This document shows, piece after piece, positions 10,869 through 21,183 of a DNA stretch of 64,000 nt. Every line of letters starts with the position of its first letter. Position 1 is the first letter of the stretch. The notes below the pieces were generated by a model, which searched no databases, had not been told where the DNA came from, and saw only the letters and a program-made list of their open reading frames with translations. Location: the NCBI GenBank assembly GCA_047972425.1, contig JBKEAR010000039.1, positions 20,127 to 84,126 on the forward strand, in the 5' to 3' direction. The translations under genes were made by a program, and so were the position numbers. The stretch comes from Alphaproteobacteria bacterium. GTDB taxonomy: Bacteria; Pseudomonadota; Alphaproteobacteria; JBKEAR01.

Positions 10869-11354
10869 TTATAATTGTATTTCATACATTCGGTTAACGA
10901 CATCAGCAGCAGAAGAACAACGGGCTGATTCATCATGGTCAAAATTATCGGCACATACATCAGCTAATGTTACCTCATTTAACCATGCATGAATACGGCG
11001 TGTAAGCTCATGCCATAAGCGGTGGGTAACGCAACGCCCTGTACCTGTGCAACCTTCGTCATCATCTTCTTTATGGTCACAACCCATGGCTGTTAAAGGT
11101 TCATCGACCGATAAAATAATATTCGAAATACTAATTTCGTTGGCTTCACGTCCTAAATGATAACCACCACCGGGGCCACGGATAGAGCGAACAAGCTCCT
11201 CGCGGCGTAAACGCGAAAAAAGTTGCTCTAAATAGGAAAGAGAAATCCCTTGCCGGTCGGCGATATCTGAAAGTGATACCGGGCGATCGCCCGAATTTTG
11301 GGCTAAATCTACCATTGCCATTACGGCATATCGGCCGCGTGTACTGAGTTTCAT
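10869..11354 (-). CDS. iscR: Rrf2-family Fe-S regulator IscR
   Basis: 161 aa; Rrf2 wHTH (MKLSTRGRYAV..) plus C-terminal Cys cluster (CDH..GC..GRCVTH); immediately upstream of iscS. Confidence 0.8.
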   Translation of the reverse strand: MKLSTRGRYAVMAMVDLAQNSGDRPVSLSDIADRQGISLSYLEQLFSRLRREELVRSIRGPGGGYHLGREANEISISNIILSVDEPLTAMGCDHKEDDDEGCTGTGRCVTHRLWHELTRRIHAWLNEVTLADVCADNFDHDESARCSSAADVVNRMYEIQL

Positions 11355-12103
11355 TTACTGTCTCCAATATAATCTGTATTTGTGTCTGATTGTAGGGGGG
11401 CGGCTTCAGAAAAATTTTGATGGTCTTCATCAGTTTTTTTCATAGAAGCTTGCTCAATAACTTCAAGACGTTGTTTAATCAATATAATCTCTTGCATTGT
11501 CACATCGGGTAGACCATCGGGGTTAATGCCATAAGCACGAAAGTCACTTGCATCGTTATCTTTGGCCTGCCCAATAATTCGTGCCGGGTTACCAACAGCT
11601 GTTGTATTAGCCGGAATATTTTTTGTGACAACGGCATTGGCACCAATGCGGGCATTATCATCAACAATAATATCCCCTAATACGGAAGCACCAGAGCCAA
11701 TAATAACATTGTCTCTAATTGTTGGGTGGCGTTTAACACCAACTTGCGCGGCACTATTAATAGAGGGTGAAACACCACCTAATGTAACATTATGATAAAG
11801 AGTCACATTATCGCCAATAATCGCGGTTTCGCCAATAACAACACCCGTGGCATGATCAATCACAAAACCTTCGCCAATTTGTGCGCCGGGGTGAATATCA
11901 ACCGAGGTTAAAAAACGCCCCATCCCTGATAAAAGCCGCGCAATAAAATGTGTGTATTTTCTCTTCCAAAACCAATGCGAAAGACGATAAAATACAATTG
12001 CATGAAAACCCGGCCATAATAAAATTACCGATATTTTGTTAGGAGCTGCCGGGTCGCGCTCAAGAAAAGCATTTAAATCTGTATTAATTTTCTTGAAAAT
12101 CAT
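11351..12103 (-). CDS. cysE: Serine O-acetyltransferase CysE, translationally coupled (ATGA overlap) to iscR
   Basis: N-terminal SATase helical domain plus hexapeptide LbH repeats; alphaproteobacterial-style C-terminal extension. Confidence 0.85.
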   Translation of the reverse strand: MIFKKINTDLNAFLERDPAAPNKISVILLWPGFHAIVFYRLSHWFWKRKYTHFIARLLSGMGRFLTSVDIHPGAQIGEGFVIDHATGVVIGETAIIGDNVTLYHNVTLGGVSPSINSAAQVGVKRHPTIRDNVIIGSGASVLGDIIVDDNARIGANAVVTKNIPANTTAVGNPARIIGQAKDNDASDFRAYGINPDGLPDVTMQEIILIKQRLEVIEQASMKKTDEDHQNFSEAAPLQSDTNTDYIGDSK

Positions 12104-12173
12104 GGTCTTTTTGTATATTCTTCTTTATTTCATAGATTTATAAAAATATAAATCCTTTGTTTCTATAAGGTTA

Positions 12174-12206
12174 TATATAATATAACCAAGTGAAATAGTC
12201 AAGTAT
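12174..12206 (-). promoter_or_regulatory. Putative sigma70 promoter of the cysE-isc operon overlapped by an IscR type-1-like box
   Basis: Minus-strand ATACTTGACTATTTCACTTGGTTAT matches the type-1 consensus ATASYYGACTRwwwYAGTCRRSTAT at 22/25. Embedded TTGACT, then 17 nt, then TATATA, about 70 nt upstream of the cysE ATG. Confidence 0.4.
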
Positions 12207-12262
12207 TTTTACCTGAATATTTCAACAATGGACAAAATGTTTTAATATAAGGATGAATGTTA

Positions 12263-12904
12263 ATGCCAGAAGTCATTATTCCCGGCCCTGAAGGAAGATT
12301 AGAAGGTCGTTATCATCACAATAAACGTGAGGATGCGCCAATTGCAGTTGTTTTGCACCCTCACCCCGAGCATGGCGGTAATATGAATAGCAAATTGGTT
12401 TATTTGCTTTTTCATTCTTTTGTTGAACGCGGATTTTCTGTTCTTCGTTTTAACTTCCGTGGAGTCGGTAAGTCACAAGGTTTATTTGATAATGGCGAAG
12501 GTGAATTAACCGATGCTGCTGCGGCACTTGATTGGTTACAATCTCATAATCCGGGCGCCAGAGATGTTTGGATGGGTGGTTTCTCTTTTGGATCATGGAT
12601 TGGTATGCAGTTAATGATGCGTCGCCCTGAGATTTCGGGTTTTGTTTCTTTAGGAACACCGGCATCAATGTTCGACTTTAGCTTTTTGGCACCTTGCCCG
12701 GCATCGGGTGTGTTGGTTCATGGTGGTGCAGATTCAATTATCCCACAAGAGTCGGTAGAAAAATTGCATAAACGATTATCTAGTCAAAAAAATATTAAGG
12801 TTGAAATGCATTCGATTAAAAATGCCGATCACTTTTTTACCGATCGACTACCTGATCTCAATAAAACTATCAATAGCTATCTCAATAAACGCTTAGGTGC
12901 GTAA
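12263..12904 (+). CDS. Alpha/beta-hydrolase fold protein (COG2945-like)
   Basis: GxSxG-type nucleophile elbow (GFSFGSW); AAGGA 9 nt upstream of ATG 12263. Confidence 0.55.
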   Translation: MPEVIIPGPEGRLEGRYHHNKREDAPIAVVLHPHPEHGGNMNSKLVYLLFHSFVERGFSVLRFNFRGVGKSQGLFDNGEGELTDAAAALDWLQSHNPGARDVWMGGFSFGSWIGMQLMMRRPEISGFVSLGTPASMFDFSFLAPCPASGVLVHGGADSIIPQESVEKLHKRLSSQKNIKVEMHSIKNADHFFTDRLPDLNKTINSYLNKRLGA

Positions 12905-12928
12905 TCATAATCAATTAGGAGTAACCTG

Positions 12929-14182
12929 ATGTCTTTTCAGTCTGAATTTTTGCGTGTTTTAGACGAACGTGGCCTTATTAATCAATGTACGGATTTGGAA
13001 GGTTTAGACCAATTATTATCAACCGAAACCGTATCGGCCTATATTGGTTATGACCCCACAGCGGCATCGTTACATGTGGGGCATATGATTTCTATTATCA
13101 TGTTGCGTCGTTTTCAGCAAGCGGGTCACCGCCCTGTTGTTCTTGTGGGGGGGGGCACAGGTATGGTTGGCGACCCTACAGGTAAAGACACACAACGCAA
13201 CATGTTAACCGAAGAAGTCATCGCTAAGAATATTGAAGGCATTAAAGGAACTTTTGCAAAATTCATTCATTTTGGCGATGGTAACCAAGATGCTATTATG
13301 GTGAATAATGCCGATTGGCTCAAAAAATTTGGTTATTTAGAGTTTTTACGTGATTTTGGCCCTCATTTTACAATTAATCGTATGCTTGCGTTCGATTCTG
13401 TGAAATCTCGGCTCGACCGAGAACAGCCCCTCACCTTTTTAGAGTTCAATTATATGTTGCTCCAAGGTGTAGATTTTTTACAGCTATCGCGTGATTATAA
13501 TGTGCGGCTACAAATGGGTGGTTCGGACCAGTGGGGGAACATCTTAAATGGTGTGGAGCTTGGCCGCCGGATTGATGCAAAACCATTATTTGGCCTTACG
13601 TGTCCCCTACTTTTAAACTCTGCAGGCAAAAAAATGGGGAAAACAGAATCGGGTGCCGTATGGTTAGATGCCGAATTAATGACCCCTTATGATTTTTGGC
13701 AATATTGGCGTAATGTAGATGATGCCGATGTTGGTAAATTATTACGTATGATTACTGATGTGCCTATGGATGAAATTAAAAAATTAGAGGCTTTAGAAGG
13801 TGCAGAAATTAACGAGGCCAAAAAAGTTTTAGCAAATGAAATTACAACATTGGTTCATGGGGTTGAGGCCGCAAAAAATGCTCAAGAAACTGCCGAAAAT
13901 ATGTTTGAGCAAGGCCGCATTGGTGATGACTTGCCCCGGTTTGAGGTTGCACGCTCCCAGCTTAAAGATGGGATTAAAGCTTTTGAAGCTTTGATTTTAA
14001 CCAATCTTTGTTCCTCTAATGGCGATGCACGCCGACAAATTAAAGGTGGTGGTGGCCGTGTAAATGGTGCAGCCTTTGCCGATGCTAACCAGCTTGTAAC
14101 CCTTGATGATATTAATAATGAAGATGTGATTATGATATCTCTTGGTAAAAAGAAACATGCATTAATTATTCCTGTTGAATAA
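12929..14182 (+). CDS. tyrS: Tyrosine--tRNA ligase TyrS
   Basis: HIGH motif (SLHVGH) and KMSKS-like (KMGKT); C-terminal S4 domain; AGGAG RBS. Confidence 0.9.
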   Translation: MSFQSEFLRVLDERGLINQCTDLEGLDQLLSTETVSAYIGYDPTAASLHVGHMISIIMLRRFQQAGHRPVVLVGGGTGMVGDPTGKDTQRNMLTEEVIAKNIEGIKGTFAKFIHFGDGNQDAIMVNNADWLKKFGYLEFLRDFGPHFTINRMLAFDSVKSRLDREQPLTFLEFNYMLLQGVDFLQLSRDYNVRLQMGGSDQWGNILNGVELGRRIDAKPLFGLTCPLLLNSAGKKMGKTESGAVWLDAELMTPYDFWQYWRNVDDADVGKLLRMITDVPMDEIKKLEALEGAEINEAKKVLANEITTLVHGVEAAKNAQETAENMFEQGRIGDDLPRFEVARSQLKDGIKAFEALILTNLCSSNGDARRQIKGGGGRVNGAAFADANQLVTLDDINNEDVIMISLGKKKHALIIPVE

Positions 14183-14184
14183 CT

Positions 14185-17100
14185 TTATTGGGCAACACCC
14201 CCAATAACATCAAAGATATTTCGTAAAACACCCGGAGCCAAAGCTTTTAACGGATTGCTTGTTATTTGCATATTCTGTTTGGTGCCTCTGATTTTATAAT
14301 CAGCAGCAAAAATTCCTTTGCCTTGCACGCCTGTAAGTAGTGTTCCTAATACAGGTATTTTACCTGTTGTATTAGAAAATGAATTAAACGGAACTATAAC
14401 GCCACTCAGATTTAAAAGCCCATTATCATCTAACCCAACTGTTCCATCAATTGTACCAGCCAATGCATTACCGGCCACCTCGGCATCATTTATAGAAAGC
14501 ATTTTATTTTCCATTTTAAACGGAATATTGGCTTTTTCAAAAACCAATCCATTGCCCGATAATGAATTGCTGAGCTGCGATAGACTCAAAAAACCAAGCA
14601 AATGGGTTAATGCGGGGGCATCTTTTACTGTAAAATTGGTAAGTGTTGCCACGCCTTCAAATGGTTGAGATGCTTTACTATCATCAATAATGCCCGATAT
14701 TTCTAATATGCCATTATAAATGGATTGGTTAATGCCAAACCCGCGGATAACAGAGCCGCCATCGTTAGAAACAACCCGCACATCGCGTAAATTCCCCCTT
14801 GGAGTGATTGTTATCTTTATAGGGGCTGAGTTTCCGGCTTTGGCCGTAATTTCGGCCTGAATAGCGGTATTTCCTTGAAAAACAAGCCAGCCTTTAGCAT
14901 CGTTAAACTCTGCTGCATTCATATAAATTTTGCTGAGGTTAATATTAACTCTGGTTGGTTTGGAGTTTTTATTAATTTTTTTATCCGCCAAATCAGCTGT
15001 AAAATTCTCTCTGCGTAAATCGAGTATACCTTTAACATCGGCTGTATTTTGTGATGAACCCGTATAATATTTTGCGGTTAAATTTGTTTCTTTTTGAGTA
15101 AAGCTCTCAACATCAATAGTTTCTAACTTGCCATTATTTATGCTTGTTTTTGCTGTTAAAGTTAAATCTTTTGCATTAAGGTAAATTTTAGGAATATCGA
15201 TATTATTACCATTCAGATGAATTTCTAAGTTAAGTTTTCCGGCTGTTCCGGCAGGTTTTTTAAAAGAGATAGCTTCAATATTAAAATCGGTATTATTTAG
15301 GTTTATAGATACATCAATTTTATTCGGATTACTGCTATTTGCTGTAATAGTCGCTACTAATGACCCTTTTGCATAAATAGCTTCTAATGCTTTTTTTGCA
15401 TCGGGACTATAGGATTTAAGCCATGATATAGGGATATTCGCGGTTGCTTTAAAAGACCATAAAGGTTCTTTTCCGGCAATATTAATTGATAAATCATCAA
15501 TATTTACCTGTTGGTCTTGAAATGTGAATGGCCCAGAAAATTGAATTATTTCGCCATTGATTATATATTTTAAATTATCGGATGTAATATTTTTACCATC
15601 AAAAATATCTTTAATTGAGGCTTTTGAAATAACCCCTTCTCCATTCAAATTTAAATCGGCAATATTGAGGTTATTATAATCAACTGTATTATCAAAGTTA
15701 AGTTTTAGGCTGAAATTCCCAATAATTTGTCCTGTAATTTGGCTGAGTTTGATATTGGTATTTTTTAGCATATTTTCGTTAAAATATTGTAGATATTTTA
15801 AAATAGAAGATACTGTGTGATTAATGTTGATATTGGTGGTTAACCATGGTGACTTACCCTGTTGAATATCTCCAACCATCACTTGCGCATCGTTAATAAC
15901 CAGATCATCAGTTTTGGCATCAATATTATCAATGATAATATTTTCACCCTGCATTTTAACCGATGCATTTTGCACCATGATATCCGGTGTTTTTGCTGTA
16001 TAATTAAGAATAACATCTTTTAAAGATAAAAAACTGCTAAAGTCGGTTTTCCACATATTATCAGCATCATGGTCAATGCGCATCGCAAGCAGGCCTTTTG
16101 CATAGCCATCTTTAACATTTTGTTTTATCCATTGCCATGCAGGCTCGCCTGCATTTTGCGGCCACATATCCATGATATCGGTAATATGAATTTCGGGGAG
16201 TTGTGCCGAAAAAGCATTTTTTGTAATTGGCCAGCCTATTTGTGTTTTATATGCGCCCTCGGCTTTATATCGGCCTGTATCAATGGAAATATTTGTTAAA
16301 TCTAAATATCTATTTTTGAGATTTAAGTAACCTGATGCTTGCCCTTCTTTAACCCGATAGGCTGCTTTTGCATTAGGAAAATACATAGGTTTTTCAGGAT
16401 CAGCTTGAATTTCAATAGCCTTAATACCTAAAATCATGGTTTTAAAATTAAAATCACCATCAATCAGAATTTCTTTGGCAAATGTCGGATTATTTGGCCA
16501 ATCGGGAAAAATAAGTTCAACTTCATTTGTCCTTAAATTCCAATGAGAGGTTAGCTGAATATTTTTAAAATCTTCTATTGAGCCCTCAAATGTAGCAAAA
16601 AAAGTAGCCGGCGCACTGCCTGTGGGCCAATATGGTACCAACATTTTGGGTAAAGGACCATATTCACTAAAATCGACAAAATCAAAATCCTCTATGAGCA
16701 TGCGCCCATGAAGTGCAAGGGTTTGTTTATTTATACCCGCAAAAATTTGTGCGCCTTTTTTAAGTATCATCTCATTATCATGCAGATAGCCTAAGAGTTG
16801 AAATTCATCGTCTTTTGCACGCAAGCTAACTGAAATATAAGGAAAAACATAAATTTGTTCACTATCATTATCTTGAAATTGTATCTGGATATCTTGAACA
16901 GAAATACCACCAATGCGCCCTAAAATATTATAAAGCTGGTTATAATTGATATTGGGTGTTGAGATTTCTTGGCGGTTTCCATTACTACGCCGACTGAAAG
17001 CCCGTAAAAAAACTTTACCGTCTTCTTTCACAATGGTTATTGTTAAGTTTTTAATCGATATGTCTTCGAGTATTGATTGAAAGCTGAGCGCTTTTTTAAA

Positions 17101-17391
17101 ATTGGAGCTTATGGCAACATCACCCAGATAGATAGAGCTATTGGCCTCTTGCCATTTTGCATTATTTAATCGTAGCTCTGGCCCCCAAGAATTTTGACCC
17201 CAAGCGAGTTCAAAATCGGAATATGTTAATTCATTAGGGATATTAAATTTATTGTCAGCCCAATCCATTGCAAAATTTAGGTTAATTGGCTTAATGGCAA
17301 TCCAAACGAATAAAAGGCTAAAAAGCAATAACAATATAGAAATAAAAATACAAAAACTTTTTAAAAGTTTTATGAATATAGCTTTTAGCAA
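14185..17391 (-). CDS. Large AsmA-family / DUF3971 envelope protein (YhdP/TamB-like)
   Basis: 1068 aa; single N-terminal TM anchor then long beta-rich Asn/Ile-rich region; C-terminal AsmA-like segment. Confidence 0.55.
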   Translation of the reverse strand: MLKAIFIKLLKSFCIFISILLLLFSLLFVWIAIKPINLNFAMDWADNKFNIPNELTYSDFELAWGQNSWGPELRLNNAKWQEANSSIYLGDVAISSNFKKALSFQSILEDISIKNLTITIVKEDGKVFLRAFSRRSNGNRQEISTPNINYNQLYNILGRIGGISVQDIQIQFQDNDSEQIYVFPYISVSLRAKDDEFQLLGYLHDNEMILKKGAQIFAGINKQTLALHGRMLIEDFDFVDFSEYGPLPKMLVPYWPTGSAPATFFATFEGSIEDFKNIQLTSHWNLRTNEVELIFPDWPNNPTFAKEILIDGDFNFKTMILGIKAIEIQADPEKPMYFPNAKAAYRVKEGQASGYLNLKNRYLDLTNISIDTGRYKAEGAYKTQIGWPITKNAFSAQLPEIHITDIMDMWPQNAGEPAWQWIKQNVKDGYAKGLLAMRIDHDADNMWKTDFSSFLSLKDVILNYTAKTPDIMVQNASVKMQGENIIIDNIDAKTDDLVINDAQVMVGDIQQGKSPWLTTNININHTVSSILKYLQYFNENMLKNTNIKLSQITGQIIGNFSLKLNFDNTVDYNNLNIADLNLNGEGVISKASIKDIFDGKNITSDNLKYIINGEIIQFSGPFTFQDQQVNIDDLSINIAGKEPLWSFKATANIPISWLKSYSPDAKKALEAIYAKGSLVATITANSSNPNKIDVSINLNNTDFNIEAISFKKPAGTAGKLNLEIHLNGNNIDIPKIYLNAKDLTLTAKTSINNGKLETIDVESFTQKETNLTAKYYTGSSQNTADVKGILDLRRENFTADLADKKINKNSKPTRVNINLSKIYMNAAEFNDAKGWLVFQGNTAIQAEITAKAGNSAPIKITITPRGNLRDVRVVSNDGGSVIRGFGINQSIYNGILEISGIIDDSKASQPFEGVATLTNFTVKDAPALTHLLGFLSLSQLSNSLSGNGLVFEKANIPFKMENKMLSINDAEVAGNALAGTIDGTVGLDDNGLLNLSGVIVPFNSFSNTTGKIPVLGTLLTGVQGKGIFAADYKIRGTKQNMQITSNPLKALAPGVLRNIFDVIGGVAQ

Positions 17392-17471
17392 TTTTTATTC
17401 CTTATTTTTTATCACTCTTTCCTGTATAATATACATAGGTAACATCTATGATACTAGGATTTTAAAGAAAA

Positions 17472-20369
17472 ATGAATAAAATTTATTCGCTCAGAGAAAA
17501 CTTTATCCCCTCAATAGTTGAAAAGCTAAAGGATCTCCCTTTAAGTGAAGATATTAAAGATGATTTTTGGCAAGATAATGACATTATTGATTGTTTAAAT
17601 TTTATTGAATGCCATAGTAGCTATTTAACGATGTTATGCCAAAGGGAAGTTGCTTTTTTACCGGATATGTTTGCGCAAGATGCGCAGATTTTTTTTGATA
17701 AAATAAAAGAAGCTATTGCATCAGCCCCCGATACGCATAAAGCATTGCGTATAGCAAAACGGCGTGTCGCTTTATATTTAGCCATTGCCGATATTTGCGG
17801 AAATATGGATGTAATGTCGGTGTGTAAATATTTATCTTTATTTGCCGATATTGCAGTGCAAGCAGCTTTAACTGCGCTCTGGCCTAATTTTTATCGCCGC
17901 GCAAAAATAACCAATGGTTCAAACGATATACCTTTTGGATTTTTTATTTTGGGTTTGGGTAAATTGGGTGGGTGTGAGCTTAATTATTCATCGGATATTG
18001 ATTTAATTGCTTTTTATGATCCTTTATCCTTTGAAAGCGAAGCTCCGGATATGTTGCAAGATAATTGTGTACGTCTTTGCCGGCAGTTAGTCCAAATGCT
18101 TGATACCCGCGATGCCGATGGATATGTTTTTCGGGTAGATTTTCGTTTGCGCCCCGACCCAGCATCGACAGCCTTAACAATGACGGTGAATGCGGCAGAG
18201 CAATATTATGAAATGCATGGTCAAAATTGGGAGCGCTCAGCCTTAATAAAAGCGCGTATCATTGCTGGTGATAAAACAGTTGGTGAAAATTTTTTAAAGC
18301 GGCTTACGCCATTTTTATGGCGAAAAAATCTTGATTATGCGGCTATTCGGGAAATTCATGCGATAAAAAAACGAATTCATGATCACCGGGGTGGTTATGT
18401 TATTAAAAATTTAGAGGGTCATAATGTTAAGCTTGGCCGTGGGGGTATTAGAGAAATTGAATTTTTTGCTCAGGCTTGGCAACTTATTTGGGGGGGGCGC
18501 AATTTAAATTTGCGGATACGCCCAACCTTAAAAGTTTTAAAAACGCTCTATGCACAAGAGTTTATTGAGGCCGATACCTATAACGAACTGAAAGAAGCTT
18601 ATTTATTTTTGCGTCATGTTGAACATAGATTACAAATGCAAATGGATGAGCAAACACAAACGCTACCTTTAGAAACAGATAAGTTTGATCAATTTGCTCT
18701 TTTTTGCGGATATGAAAATGCAATAGATTTTCGCAAAAATTTAACAAAATATCTTTCGAATGTCGAAAAACAATATGGTAAATTATTTGAAGATAGCCAA
18801 AGCAATACCACAGAACAAAAATTTATATTTTCAACATCAGAGATTGATGAAGCGACCTTTAACGAACTTTTAGGGCTTGGTTATAAAGATCCAAAAATTA
18901 TTGATATGCAAATTCGCCAATGGCTCAATGGCACTTATCGGGCAACAAGGTCAAAACATGCGCAAACATTAATATTAGAAATGATCCCTAATTTATTGTT
19001 GGCATTTGCCGAATATGATGACCCGCAAAAATCTTTTATGCGATTTGATCAATTTTTAAAAAATATTAATCGGGGTGTGCAGCTTTTGGCTATTATCCAT
19101 GCCAATCCATCAATTTTTGATTTATTGATGCGGATATTAAATGGTGCCCCCATGCTAAGCTTATATTTGGAGGCTAATCCCCATTTGCTCGATGCATTAT
19201 TGGAGGGTGAATTATTAAATCCGCCCCCTTCTTTAAATGAGATGAAAAAAGAGCTTAAAGGCAGGCTAAAATCATTTTCGTATAACAAGCAGGTTATTTT
19301 ACAGGATTATTTAGAACTAGCAGCGCGATGGTCGCAAGATCGCCGATTTATTTTAAGTATTCAGGCTCTTTATAGCGATATGAACCCAAGGTTGATATTT
19401 ATGGCATATAGTCATATTGCCGAGGTTACTTTGCAATTTATTTTGCCTTATATAACCGAAGATTTTAAGGGTCGCCATGGGGTTATTAAAGGCGGCGAGC
19501 TTACAGTTGCTGCTTTGGGACGATTAGGCAGTATGGAGATGACCCCAACATCGGATTTGGATCTTATTTTCATTTATAAGGCTGACGATTATTTATCAAG
19601 CTCCGATGGCCAACGAAGCCTTATTTGTTCGCAATATTATGGTAAATTAGGCCAACGAATTATTAGTGCGTTAACCGCCCCAACAACAGCCGGTATGTTA
19701 TACGAGGTTGATATGCGCCTTCGGCCATCGGGTAATAAAGGGCCATTAGCTGTAAGTGTGGATAGTTTTATTAACTATCAATATAACGAGGCTTGGACAT
19801 GGGAGCATATGGCATTGTGCCGTGGGCGGATTGTAAGTAAAAAAACTGATTTTTCAGCAAGGATTTCCCAAGAAATCCAAATAATTCTGACTCAAAAAAG
19901 AGATAAAATCACACTTAAAGAAGATATTAGCGATATGCGTAATCGTTTATATAAAGAAAAGCCACCACAAAATATATGGGACGTTAAACATTGCGAAGGT
20001 GGAATATTTGATATGGAGTTTATGATCCAATATCAATTATTAAGTAGTGCGCATCAATATCCCGAAATACTCAGCACAAACCCTTTATCGGCTTTGGATA
20101 ATTTAAAAAAATCGGATTTATTAGATGATTATTGTTATGAACTACTCAAAGAACATTTAAATTTATGTCAAATTTTACAGCTGTATCAAAGATTAAGCTA
20201 TGGAAAGATCGATTTAAGCGAATTATTTAATTTAGAAGAAAAAAATAACGAAAATAGTATTTTAGAAGCCATATTGTCTCAAACCAATATGGCATCGGCA
20301 TCGGCATTAACCGAAAATTATTTGACAAATTGTCAAAAAGTAAGAGAAATTTACAATGAATGGCTTTAA
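17472..20369 (+). CDS. glnE: Bifunctional glutamine synthetase adenylyltransferase/adenylyl-removing enzyme GlnE
   Basis: 965 aa with two nucleotidyltransferase domains (G..SD.DL.F x2) and GlnE helical domains. Confidence 0.85.
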   Translation: MNKIYSLRENFIPSIVEKLKDLPLSEDIKDDFWQDNDIIDCLNFIECHSSYLTMLCQREVAFLPDMFAQDAQIFFDKIKEAIASAPDTHKALRIAKRRVALYLAIADICGNMDVMSVCKYLSLFADIAVQAALTALWPNFYRRAKITNGSNDIPFGFFILGLGKLGGCELNYSSDIDLIAFYDPLSFESEAPDMLQDNCVRLCRQLVQMLDTRDADGYVFRVDFRLRPDPASTALTMTVNAAEQYYEMHGQNWERSALIKARIIAGDKTVGENFLKRLTPFLWRKNLDYAAIREIHAIKKRIHDHRGGYVIKNLEGHNVKLGRGGIREIEFFAQAWQLIWGGRNLNLRIRPTLKVLKTLYAQEFIEADTYNELKEAYLFLRHVEHRLQMQMDEQTQTLPLETDKFDQFALFCGYENAIDFRKNLTKYLSNVEKQYGKLFEDSQSNTTEQKFIFSTSEIDEATFNELLGLGYKDPKIIDMQIRQWLNGTYRATRSKHAQTLILEMIPNLLLAFAEYDDPQKSFMRFDQFLKNINRGVQLLAIIHANPSIFDLLMRILNGAPMLSLYLEANPHLLDALLEGELLNPPPSLNEMKKELKGRLKSFSYNKQVILQDYLELAARWSQDRRFILSIQALYSDMNPRLIFMAYSHIAEVTLQFILPYITEDFKGRHGVIKGGELTVAALGRLGSMEMTPTSDLDLIFIYKADDYLSSSDGQRSLICSQYYGKLGQRIISALTAPTTAGMLYEVDMRLRPSGNKGPLAVSVDSFINYQYNEAWTWEHMALCRGRIVSKKTDFSARISQEIQIILTQKRDKITLKEDISDMRNRLYKEKPPQNIWDVKHCEGGIFDMEFMIQYQLLSSAHQYPEILSTNPLSALDNLKKSDLLDDYCYELLKEHLNLCQILQLYQRLSYGKIDLSELFNLEEKNNENSILEAILSQTNMASASALTENYLTNCQKVREIYNEWL

Positions 20370-20381
20370 TAAGGAGAATAT

Positions 20382-20852
20382 ATGATGTTAACAATTGGCA
20401 ATAAAGTACCCTCTTTTTCTTTACCGGCAAATGGCGGAAAGCATATAGACGAAAAAGATTTGCTTGGTAAAAATACGATACTTTATTTTTATCCAAAAGA
20501 TAATACACCCGGTTGTACATCCGAGGCTAAAGATTTTACGGCACTTAAAGATGATTTTGCGAAGCTAAATACACAAATCATTGGCGTGAGTGCCGATAAT
20601 GTTACCTCTCATGAGCGTTTTATTGAAAAACAAGATTTAGATATTCAGCTTATTTCCGATGAATATAAAAAACTAATAGAAGCTTTTGGGGCTTGGGGTG
20701 AAAAAAAGAATTATGGAAAAATCTATTTTGGATTAATTCGCTCGACATTTCTAATAAATACAAAAGGTGAAATTATTGCAGAATGGCGCAATGTGCGTGC
20801 AAAAGGCCATGCCGAGCGGATATTAAAAGAAGCAACTGCACTTTTATCTTAG
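20382..20852 (+). CDS. bcp: Peroxiredoxin Bcp (thiol peroxidase)
   Basis: FYPKDNTPGCTSEA peroxidatic Cys motif; AGGAG 5 nt upstream. Confidence 0.85.
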   Translation: MMLTIGNKVPSFSLPANGGKHIDEKDLLGKNTILYFYPKDNTPGCTSEAKDFTALKDDFAKLNTQIIGVSADNVTSHERFIEKQDLDIQLISDEYKKLIEAFGAWGEKKNYGKIYFGLIRSTFLINTKGEIIAEWRNVRAKGHAERILKEATALLS

Positions 20853-20853
20853 C

Positions 20854-21183
20854 TTAAAATGGTTCTTGATTGGCTAGATATTCGGCAATAGCTTTGATTT
20901 CATCTTCTGTAAAAGGCTCAAGGGCGGTTTTCATGGTAACAGCAAGCCCATTTGTCCGCAGGCCGGTTTTGTAATCAAGCATTTGTTTATATAGGTAAAT
21001 ATAAGATTGCCCACCAATTTTAGGATAAATGGGTACAATGGGCTCGTTACCAGTTTCTCCATGGCATTCAACACAACCACCTTTGCCGTAACTTAAATAA
21101 AGTTCTTTACCTTTGGCTTCATCACTGTGAGCAATGCTGAGTGATAGTGTAAAAATAACCGGAATTAGTATCTGTAATTTCAT
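20854..21183 (-). CDS. Periplasmic class I c-type cytochrome
   Basis: Signal peptide; single CVECH haem-binding site; distal Met. Confidence 0.75.
   Translation of the reverse strand: MKLQILIPVIFTLSLSIAHSDEAKGKELYLSYGKGGCVECHGETGNEPIVPIYPKIGGQSYIYLYKQMLDYKTGLRTNGLAVTMKTALEPFTEDEIKAIAEYLANQEPF

Noticed and set aside
14318-14668. 116-aa plus-strand ORF inside the AsmA-family gene, and similar internal ORFs (16069-16299, 18562-18747, 19049-19288, 29556-29834, 30395-30625, 31533-31850, 33250-34311, 44505-45113, 45345-45593, 46700-47819, 53119-53340, 61795-62025 and others)
   Set aside because: All lie wholly within, and antisense or out of frame to, strongly supported genes. No RBS and no recognisable domains.
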